Origin: an uncultured Eubacteriales bacterium
Lineage (GTDB): Bacteria > Bacillota > Clostridia > Oscillospirales > Oscillospiraceae
Reading direction: 5' to 3'
Assembly (NCBI GenBank): GCA_900554275.1
Contig: USGS01000001.1
Coordinates: forward strand, 5,036 to 69,035
Length of the DNA: 64,000 nucleotides
Positions 46,562-56,100 of this stretch are shown piece after piece. A model generated the notes under the pieces. It made no database searches and was not told the DNA's origin. It saw only the letters and a list, made by a program, of their open reading frames with translations. Numbering within the stretch: position 1 is the first letter of the stretch; each line of letters begins with the position of its first letter. The position numbers and the translations under genes are program-made.

Positions 46562-48595
46562 TTACTCATTCACCGGGTACTCGCTGTTGGCCAATTTCAT
46601 AGTATAGCCCACAACAGGCGCGTCATAGCTGCTGTTGCCATAGGAGACATAGTAATCGCCGTAGGCGCACCAATAGTAGCCACTTTCGACCAAGTACTTG
46701 CCGGAAATTTCTTTGGTCACGTCCGTACCACTGGGCTGGTCATTGGACTTGAAGGTGGAAGTCCCGGTCACCATTTCATAGGTATCATTACTGTCATATA
46801 CCACACTGATGTTCTCCACGGTGCAGTTCTCCACGGTGGCGTTGTCCACGCCGTTGCCGCGCTGGATGTTGCCAGCCAGGCCACCGATGTCATAGGCCGC
46901 ATGGATGGTGTTGTTCTGGGACACGCAATTCTTGAAGGCGACCTTCACGCCGGGGTCTGCGCCCATGCCCAGCAGGCAGCCGATCTTACCATAGCCGCCG
47001 ATGAAGCTGTTGGTGACCGTAACATTTTCAAATAGGGTCGTACCGTAGGTATAGGCCACGACGATGCCGCCGACATTGCCGCTGTAATAGTTCTCATAGC
47101 CTTTAGCCCTAAGCACACTCGCGCCGTCAAAGGTCAGGTTCTTGATGGTGAGATTGCCGGTAGCATTGCTGATAAAGCCGAAGCCATAACCTCCATTATT
47201 GGAATTGGTGCAGCTGCGGACCAGCAGGTTTCTGATGGTATGGCCGTTGCCGTTGATGGTCAGATTGTTGACGGGGTTAATGGGACGCCAGAAGCCTGCG
47301 CCCAGGTCGATATCCGCCGTGATGTTCAGGGTGTAGCCGTTGTAATTGACCTTTTCATTCGTGACCTCATACTTGAACAGGGCCAGCTCCTCAGCGGAAG
47401 CGATGGTGATGACCTTGTTCTCCGTATCAACGGGGGTGGCATAGGTATTGGCCTTGTTGTTATCCCACTGGAACTTGTCGGACGTATAGGTGAAGGGGGA
47501 GAAGGTCTTGGTGAGCATGGTCACCAGGCCGGTGGCGCTGTCATAGTAGAACTCCTGGTCAGCGTCCAGCCACTGCATCGCGCTGCAGCGGCTCATCTTC
47601 TGACCATTGTGGTCGATCTCAACCTGCGACAGCCCTTTCTCGATGTAGAACTCCACCTTGATGGGCTGGTCGTTATCAGCGGCCAGACCGTTCATGGAGA
47701 TGTCCAGTGTCTTGGGAGCGTTCTGAGTAACTTCGACCGTAAAGTTGGCGGGGGTCTCTGCGTCCTCGATGACCAGCTCCAGCTGGGTCGTGCCGCTGTC
47801 CACCTTAGCACCGGCGGGAACGGTGGCCCGGGCAACGGGATTGCCGTCGGCATTGGTCTCACCGGATGTCAGCGTCGCTTTCTTAGTCACAAGACCGGTC
47901 TCCGCGTCCACCTCAACGGCCGCGGCGGCATAGACGGGATACTGCGCGTCCTTATCGTAGTCGTTTTTGCTGCTGTCGTACTCGCCGGTCATCTGGGTGG
48001 CGTAGACCGTAACGGCCACACCGTCGATGGACAGGCCCTGATAGTCGTTGTTGGCGCTGGTCTTCATCGTGCCGGAAATCTTGATGACATCCTTGTTGGT
48101 CTCGTTGGCGTTCAGCACATACTCATCGCTGCCAGTCGCAAGAGGTGTTCCACCGTAAGTAATGGTCCAGTCGATGACGTCATTCAGGTTCGCCGTGCTG
48201 GTGGGCGTACGGTTCGTCTCAATGCCGGTGATCTGCACCTTATATTTCAGGTTCAGGTTTCCGGCGTTGCTGACACGCAGCTCAGGCAGCCGATAGGTAG
48301 CGCCCGGCTCCCACAGGATGTCAGCGTTCTGCTCCACAGTCCCATCATCCTTCATTCGCAGGAAGCTCAGCGTCTCGCCCCTGGCATCCGCCCAAGCGAT
48401 GGGCTTGCCACTTCCATCCCAAGCCGTCGCCATTTCCAGGCCCAGCTTCAGATCACCCGCCTTGATGGTGTTGACGTTGGCGGTGGCGGTGTCCGTGAAC
48501 CACGCGAAGGTCGTGCCCACCAGCATGACCACGCACATGACCAGCGCCATGATACTGGTCAGCAGTGCGCGCTTGGTTGCTCTGCGTTCTCTCAT
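46562..48595 (-). CDS. Secreted 677-aa protein with SipW-cognate-type (TasA/camelysin-like) signal peptide and GLUG-motif repeats
   Basis: N-terminus ...MLVGTTFAWFTDTATANVNTIKAGDLKLGL matches AxFSD/NtF.AG.L.L SipW-type signal; internal IGGLAGN, GNVGGIV motifs. Confidence 0.7.
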   Translation of the reverse strand: MRERRATKRALLTSIMALVMCVVMLVGTTFAWFTDTATANVNTIKAGDLKLGLEMATAWDGSGKPIAWADARGETLSFLRMKDDGTVEQNADILWEPGATYRLPELRVSNAGNLNLKYKVQITGIETNRTPTSTANLNDVIDWTITYGGTPLATGSDEYVLNANETNKDVIKISGTMKTSANNDYQGLSIDGVAVTVYATQMTGEYDSSKNDYDKDAQYPVYAAAAVEVDAETGLVTKKATLTSGETNADGNPVARATVPAGAKVDSGTTQLELVIEDAETPANFTVEVTQNAPKTLDISMNGLAADNDQPIKVEFYIEKGLSQVEIDHNGQKMSRCSAMQWLDADQEFYYDSATGLVTMLTKTFSPFTYTSDKFQWDNNKANTYATPVDTENKVITIASAEELALFKYEVTNEKVNYNGYTLNITADIDLGAGFWRPINPVNNLTINGNGHTIRNLLVRSCTNSNNGGYGFGFISNATGNLTIKNLTFDGASVLRAKGYENYYSGNVGGIVVAYTYGTTLFENVTVTNSFIGGYGKIGCLLGMGADPGVKVAFKNCVSQNNTIHAAYDIGGLAGNIQRGNGVDNATVENCTVENISVVYDSNDTYEMVTGTSTFKSNDQPSGTDVTKEISGKYLVESGYYWCAYGDYYVSYGNSSYDAPVVGYTMKLANSEYPVNE

Positions 48596-48796
48596 GTCTT
48601 TGTACCCCTTTCAAAATTTCCGGCAGACACAACACACTATCCTTTGTACCACAAAGGATAAAACGCCCATGGGCGTTTTGCAGTTCTGCGCTTATGCCCA
48701 AAGTATAGCACCTCGCCGCATGAGTTGCAAGCACCGGGCGGGATAATTAACTATATTTCAGCACATTTGACAAAAACAGTTGTCGAAATTCAGCAA

Positions 48797-48832
48797 AACA
48801 GCGAAAGAACCGCCCGCAGGCGGTTCTTTTGC
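48797..48832 (-). terminator. Intrinsic terminator, second copy of gaaccgcccgcaggcggttc hairpin, downstream of XRE gene
   Basis: identical 20-nt stem-loop + tract. Confidence 0.6.
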
Positions 48833-49056
48833 TATTCCTCCTCCCGGGGCAGGTCCAGCAGCTCGGTCAGAGATATGTCCAGTGCGGCCGCGATACGCCG
48901 CATCGTGCCGACGCGGGCGTGCCGTGTCGTGCCGGAAAGGATACGCTTCATGGTCAGCGGCGTCACACCGCACAGGTCGGCCAGCTGCTCCGGCGTGATG
49001 CCGCGCTGGACGCAGATCCGGCAGATGGCCTGGGCGTATAGCTGGGCATACGACAT
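48832..49056 (-). CDS. XRE-family HTH transcriptional regulator
   Basis: 74 aa; ITPEQLADLCGVTPLTMKRILSG. Confidence 0.7.
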   Translation of the reverse strand: MSYAQLYAQAICRICVQRGITPEQLADLCGVTPLTMKRILSGTTRHARVGTMRRIAAALDISLTELLDLPREEE

Positions 49057-49130
49057 ACTGTCACCCTCCTATTTCCCAAATCGACCAGATAATACCACTT
49101 TTTGCCTACGGATGCAAGGGGTAAATGCCG

Positions 49131-50105
49131 TTATCCGGCGGCATATCCGCCGCCTACGTCATTGCCCAGATCGCAGGTGTAGAGCCACTCCACCACATCG
49201 CCGTTCTGCAGCGCGTAGCGGGAGCAGCCGTAGTTGGGAAACCAGCCGTTGACCCGGTACATCCAGCCCGAGCCCTGGCTTACATCGAACTCGTACAGAT
49301 TGTTGATGCCCTCCACATAGGCGCTGTTATACATGGGCGTCCAGCTGGCCTCCATGTGGATGCCGTTCTCCCGACAGACCCGCTGCAGCACGTCATAGAC
49401 GCTCTCGCCCTCGCTGAACGTGACGGTGGTGCTGGGAAGGATCACGCCGTCGGAGGGGACTAAGGGCTTCTTCGCCGCGGCGGTGTCTGCGTCCCACTCG
49501 TCCCAGGCGTCCCAGTTGGCCAGGATCGTGCCGCAGGAGATGGAGATGGTGCAGGTATACTTGGTGGTCTCGTCCACCGTGGTGTCCTGCGGCTCGGAGG
49601 GTGTGGGCTTTCCCTCGGGAACGGGGTCAGTCTCATACTTGTCCTTGCCCGTATCAGGATCAATGACCTGCTCCGGCTGCTTCTTCTGCTCGTCCTGTTT
49701 CTTTTTTTCTTCCTCTAACCGTTTCTGTTCCTCTTGCTTTTTCTGTTCCTCTTGCTTTTTCTGTTCCTCTTGCTTTTTCTGTTCTTCTAACCGCTTCTGC
49801 TCCTCCAGCTTTTTGGCCTCGTCAGCGGCTGTCTGGCCCGCGTTCGCCGCGTCTGTCTTTGTATTGGTCTTGGTGTCAGTCGTATCGGTCTTGGCGTCGG
49901 TCTTGTCTCCAGCCGCCGTGCCGTCCTTCTTGTCCTCCGTCCTGGCCGTGTCGCCGGTCTTGCTGTCAACGGTCTGTTCCTGTTTGGTATCGGGCGCTGC
50001 GTCGCCGTCAGCCGCCTTTTTCTTGCCGCAGGCGGTGCAGGTCAGCAGCATGGCCAGGGCCAGCGCCACCAGCCAAAAGCTACGTTTTCTCATCATGCTC
50101 TCCAT
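49131..50105 (-). CDS. Lipoprotein with E/K/Q-rich repeat linker and C-terminal DUF4430 (transcobalamin-beta-like) domain
   Basis: Lipobox LLTCTAC; (EEQKKQ)n repeats; C-terminal SGWMYRVNGWFPNYGCSRYALQNGDVVEWLYT matches DUF4430 pattern. Confidence 0.7.
   Translation of the reverse strand: MESMMRKRSFWLVALALAMLLTCTACGKKKAADGDAAPDTKQEQTVDSKTGDTARTEDKKDGTAAGDKTDAKTDTTDTKTNTKTDAANAGQTAADEAKKLEEQKRLEEQKKQEEQKKQEEQKKQEEQKRLEEEKKKQDEQKKQPEQVIDPDTGKDKYETDPVPEGKPTPSEPQDTTVDETTKYTCTISISCGTILANWDAWDEWDADTAAAKKPLVPSDGVILPSTTVTFSEGESVYDVLQRVCRENGIHMEASWTPMYNSAYVEGINNLYEFDVSQGSGWMYRVNGWFPNYGCSRYALQNGDVVEWLYTCDLGNDVGGGYAAG
49690..49810. repeat. 18-bp tandem repeat (ctgttcctcttgcttttt) x~4 encoding EEQKKQ repeats
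   Basis: seen directly; in-frame so length variation would keep frame. Confidence 0.7.
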
Positions 50106-50167
50106 TCCTCTTAAAAGCGCCGCACGCAGAGGCGCTAAAGCGCCTCTGCGTCGGCTGTTTGGTTGTG

Positions 50168-53100
50168 TTACTTGGATGCACGCTTTTTCTTCTGTGTCAG
50201 TACCACCACGGCGGCTGCCGCCAGGATGGCGCTGCCCATCCAGATAGTCATCTGGCTGTCGTCAGCCGTGTTGGCGGAGGTGGGCTTGACAACAGTGGTG
50301 CTGCCGCTGCCGCCACCGCTGCTGCTGCGCTCCGTGTAGCTTATCGCCACCGGGGACAGGCCCGTCAGCGTGACCAGCAGGCCGTCCGCCGTCATAACGG
50401 CGGCGGGGAATTCCACCGTGCCCACGTCCTTGCCGCAGCCGGCCATGGTCACCAGGTGGGCCACCGTGAAGCTGTAGCTTCTGTAGTCACCGGCCACCTC
50501 GCTGGGATAGGGCAGCAGCACGGTGATCCGGCCGCCAGTCAGGTCGTCCTTTGTGGCAGGGCGTGACACGCCGTTCTCCGTGACCGTCAGGGTCACCTCC
50601 ATCATCACAGTGTTCTTCTCCGTGATGGCGTTGTTCTCCCGGCTGATCTCCAGCTGCAGGGTGCTCTTCACCTTTTCGGGGGTGTTCAGCTTCTCGTTGT
50701 CCGCCACGACGGAGGAAACGTCCGCCTTGACGTCCACCTTCTTCACAGTGCTGTCGCTGGTCTTCATCAGGCCGCAGACGCACTGTACGCCCTGTACGTA
50801 GGTGTGGGACTCCTTGGTCAGCACCGCACCGCAGACGGTGCAGGTGAGCCAGTGGCTGTCCTTATCCATGGCGTAGACCGTACCGGCCTTGTGGCCCAGT
50901 GCGGGGATGTCCTTGGTCTCCTTCGCCTCACCGCACACGGTGCAGGTACGGGTGGAGACACCGGTCTCAGTGCAGGTAGCCGCCTTGGTAACGGTCCATT
51001 CGCCGAACTTGTGGCCCAGCGCGGGAATGTCCTTGGTCTCCTTCGCCTCACCGCACACGGTGCAGGTACGGGTGGAGACACCGGTCTCGGTGCAGGTAGC
51101 CGCCTTGGTAACGGTCCATTCACCGAACTTGTGTCCCAGCGCCGGGACGGTCAGGGTCTCCTCCGCGCCGCACACGGTGCAGATACGGGTGGAAACGCCG
51201 GCCTCGGTGCAGGTGGCCGCCTTGGTAACGGTCCATTCGCCGAACACGTGCTTGATGCACACGTCGTTCATGTCATACAGGAAGCTCCGGCCTCCGGTCA
51301 GGCGCATATACGCCGCCAGGGCATAGTAGGATTGCTCAGTGCCCATCTGATCCACGGTGGCGTCCGCGAGCTGATGCTTGAAGGCCTCGCCCGTGTAGAA
51401 GGTCAGCAGGCCGTCCACCACATGGAAGGAATTCTTGGCGAAGCGTGCGTCCGCGGTGGGATCGATACCCAGGGCGCACAGGGCCACCAGTACCTGGGCG
51501 GTGGACTCGCTGCTGCTGGCCGCGCCCGCCATTTCGGCAAACGAGCCGTCGGACTTCTGCATGGTGCTGAGCCAGGTCAGCGCCTTGTCCACAGCGGCCT
51601 TCACCGCTTCGTTGGTCTTGTAGTAGGGAGCAAGCGCCTGGATGGCCATGGCGGTCATGTCCACGTCATCCGTGGCGTTGGTGCTGTTGATGTACCACGC
51701 GCCGCTGTCCTTCTGCAGAGACAGGATGGTCTCCACCAGCGCGTCGCGGGTCACGCTGCCTGCGGGGGTATAGCCGTGGCTGTCCAGGGCGATCAGCGTC
51801 CACACCGGACCGTTGGTGCCCTGCCGCTTGACGTACTTCATATCGTCCAGACCGGCCAGCAGATCGAAGCCGCCCACATCGGTGACATCCTTGCCGATGG
51901 CCGTCAGGGCCAGGATCAGCCGGGCGTTGTCCGTGGACTTATTACGGTCGAGCCGGTTGGTGGTGGTGTTGATCTCGGCCTTGACGTAGGCCACAGCGTT
52001 GTCGTAGTAGCCCTCCGGCACGGTGCGGCCGCTGCGGGCCAGGCCGATGGTCAGCCACTCGCCGCCGATGCTGCCCACGATGGGCGTGCCCTTGCCGGAC
52101 AGATAGTCGCCGGTGGTCTTATAGGCCTCCTGCACGTCCGGACCGGCGGGCTTGGCCACCGTCAGGGTGACGGTATAGGGCGTGCTGGTCTTCTCGCCGT
52201 CGCTGGCGGTAAACACCAGCGTGGTCTTGCCCACGAGAACGGCGGTGTAGCGGAAGGATGCCTCCGCCGCCACAGGCGCAGCGCCGTTGATGCTGACCGC
52301 GTAGGTCATCTCGTCGCCGTCCGCGTCGGTGAAGATAGCGGACAGGTCAATGGTGTACTCGTCGTGGAGCGTCACACCGGCCTCCGCACCCTCGGCGGCC
52401 GCCGCGGGCGCGGTGTCGGCGATGGTCAGGCCGCTGACATAGGCCATGTCAGCGCCGTTGTTGCCGCCGCTGTCCTTCACATAGGTCACGGTGAGCGTCC
52501 ATGTACCGGCGGTCAGAATGCCGTTGTAGGTATCCGCCTTTGTGCCGCTGATGCCGCTGGCAACGGTGTTGGTCTCCGTGCCGTTGCTCAGGGTGATGGT
52601 GGCCTTGTCGTAGTTCTCCTCGGAGGAAACGCCGAAGTCGAAGGCGATGGTGCGCTGGCGATCCAGCGTGAACACGAAGGAGGTCGTGGAGGTGGAGCTG
52701 TTCGCGCCCGCGTTGCCGCTCTCGAAGCGCTCAGCGGCGCTGTTGTAGGTCCAGGGATACTTGCCCTCGTCCGTCATGGCGGCGCTGACAACGCCGGTGG
52801 CGGGCAGGGTCACATACTCCAGACGTGTATCGGCCCAAACCGTGATGAGCTCATTGCAGACATCGCAGGTGTAGGTGTAATAGGCGGGATAGACCGTCCT
52901 CGTGCCGGCGCGCTCCGTGTGGCCGGTGGCGGCCACATAGGTGTCGCGATAGGACTCCCGGCACAGGGTGCAGGTGCGGAGGGTGTAGCCCTTCTCCGTG
53001 CAGGTGGGCGGGACCACCGTGCCGCCCTCGGCCTTGTGGAAGGTCACGTCCTTCTGCCACTTCAGAGCGGGATAGCCGCCGCAGGTCGGGCCAAAGGCCT

Positions 53101-56100
53101 CTGCGTTCAGCTCGGCGGATTTCATCTGTTCCTCCGTCAGCACGGCGGCGTTGGCGTCCGCCGCCAGGGCGTAGCAGTTGGTGACGGTGGCAGAGCCTGC
53201 GTCCACGCTGCCGAACGCGCCGTTGCCGCCGGTGACAGCGCCCACGCTGTAGCAGTCGGACACAGCGGAGGTGGCCAGCAGGCTGCCGGTCCAATTCGTC
53301 TCGCCCTTCGCAACGCCGCCGATACCGCCGGCATTGCTGCTGGCGCTGACCGCGCCGGTGTTGTAGCAGTTGGTCACGGTAATGCCGTAGTTGCCGTTGC
53401 CGAAGATGCCTCCGGCGGTGCTGCCGGTGGCGGCGACAGCGCCGGTGTTGTAGCAGCCGGTGATGACGGCGCCGCTGCCGACGAAGCCGCCGATGATGCC
53501 GCCCACGCTGCCGCTGCCGGTGACAGCGCCGAGGTTGGCGCAGTTCCTGATGGTGGTGGTGCTGTTGGCATAGCCCACGATACCGCCCACATTGCTGCCT
53601 GTGCCGCTGATGGTCACATGGCTGAAGCAGTTCTCAATAACGATGTCCTTGCCATAGGCGTAGCCCGCCACAGAGCCGCCGCCGGCGGACGTGCCGCGCA
53701 GGGTCAGGCTCTGGATGTGAGAGCCGCCGCCGATCTGCTTGAACAGGCCGCTGGTGGCGTTCAGGCCGGTGATCTCATGGCCCGCGCCGTCCAGCTCGAC
53801 CTTCTTGCTGCTGTCGATATTCAGCCAGGCGTACTTGCCCAGATCAATGTCGGCAGTCAGAACGCCGGACACATCGGCGGTCTTGCTCTCGTTCACGAAC
53901 CAGGCCAGCTCCGCGCCGGTGGCGATCTGATACACGCCGCTCTCGTTCTTCTGGGGCTCGGTCTTGCTGCTGCCGTTCCAGGCGCTGTCGGAGGTGACCG
54001 TCAGCGTGACGGAGAACTGGTTCGTGCCGTCCTCGGTGACGGTGACAGAGCCGGTGGTATACTCCACACCCTGGCCGGAGATGGTGTAAAAATACTCCTC
54101 GGCATAGCATTTGAAGCTGCCGTCGTCGGCCACATTGACCACGTTGCCCGCGGCATCCTTCAAGGTAACGGTCAGGCTTGTGCGGGCGATGGCCTTGCCG
54201 TCGCTGCCCACAAAGCTCAGCTTGCCGGTGAGGAAGTCCGTCTTGGCCAGCGCCAGCGTCAGCTCGGGCAGACGGGCCAGGACGCCGGAGGTGCTGGGTG
54301 CGTTGAAGCCGGGGTTTGTGCCGGCGGCATAGGTGATGCCGCGGTGGGTGGGCACGCCCGGCCACCCGGCCTGCTTGATCGCGCCGGAGAGGGAATAAGT
54401 CTCGCCGTCCCAATACTTGGGAATGGTGATGCTGATGCGCTGGCGGGCCGGGTTACCGCTGAAGTCGTACACGCCGAAGTTGCCGCCGGGGTCGGACTTG
54501 AAGAATGTGCCGTCCTCACCCTGGTAGTACAGGGAGAAGTTGAAGTTATACGCGCCGGACAGCTTCTCCTTGGGGCTGACCAGGTTGCTGAACTGCAGGT
54601 TCACGGTGTCGCCGGCCTTGAGGGCTTTCATCGCGGCCTCAGACAGCTCCTTGCCATCGTTGTCCACCAGCTTATAGCTGACGCCCCGGGCGGTGACGAC
54701 CTGATAGTTGGCCACGCCGTTCTTCTCCACCTTGATGATGTGGCGGCCCGTGGTCAGGCCGGTAACGGTGACCGTGCCGTCCTCCGCCACAGTCACACCA
54801 TTGTTGGTGAAACCGTTGAAGGTCATGGTATCGCCCACGGTAGAGCGGGCCACGGTGACGGTGCAGCCGCTTTCGGGCTTGAAGCTGTAGGAAGCGCCCT
54901 TATCGCCCAGATAGAACAGGATGTCGTGCTCCGCGTCCAAAATGCGCTGCTCATCCTTGGTGATGGCGGCATCCATACGATCCAGTGTCATGTTGGTCTC
55001 GATGCCCGTGCCGTCGCTGCCCACCGTCACCACGAACACGCCGGTGCACTCCGGCCAGATGGCGGAGAACTCCTTGCTGGAGGTGCTGCTCTGACCCTGC
55101 TTATGGATCATGGCGTCGTAGGTCACCAGCACGATGGCCGTACCGGCCTTGTTGGCGGTCATAGTGGCCACATTGCTGTTTACCGCGTCCGGGGTGATGG
55201 TCACCACGTCGCTGGGATTGCCGTTGACGTCGATGACCTGATAGTGCATATCGGGCAGGGCCACCTTGGCGTTCATATAGCTCTCGATGGCGAACCAGTT
55301 GCGGAAGGAGTTCAGCTCGAACGTCTCGCCCACGGCCATGCTCTTGTAGCCCTGGGTATTGATGTTCAGGTAGATGTCGGCGCGGTCATACACGTTCTTC
55401 TCGAAGCGGTAGATCGTGTCCTTGGTGAAGCTCGTATCGCCGATGTGCAGATCCTCCGCCGTCAGGGTGATGGCGTCGTCCGCGCTCCAGCGCTTATAGT
55501 CCCAGTAGGTCACGCCGTCGGGGTTCTGCACGCGGTAGAAATAGTCCGTGTTCTGATCCACGCGGTAGGCGACGGTGTTGGTCGCCTCATCGCGGCTCAC
55601 GGGCTCGATATAGGAGTACACATAGTACTTGGCCAGCGTACCCATGGTGACAGTGGAGCCTGCCGGAACGGTAAGGGTCACGTTCACGCCAGCCTTGCAG
55701 TTGATGGAGAAACTGTCGTTCATGGTGGGGGTCTTCTTCGCGGTGGCCGTATTGAAGGTGGGCCGGGTCACCGGGTCGGGCGTGACCGTGGCCTGCACGG
55801 TATCGCCTACCACGAAGATGCAGCTGTCGTAGGTTTTCTCCCACGTCTGGCCCTTGCCGCTGACAGTCCGGCCCGGTGCAGCGGTGCGCACCTGGTTGTC
55901 GGCGGAGGTGACCTTCACATCCAGGGTGTAGTCCGTGCCCAGCACCCAACCGGAGTTCACGGAGATCTGATAGATGCGCTGGATCTTGGCCGCGTTCTCG
56001 CCGGCCTTGACCGTCAGGGACAGGCCGCCGTTGCAGTCGTCGTTGGCGTCATAGCCCTCCACCCAGTAGTCGCCCACGGGCAGCGTCAGGGTATAGGCGG

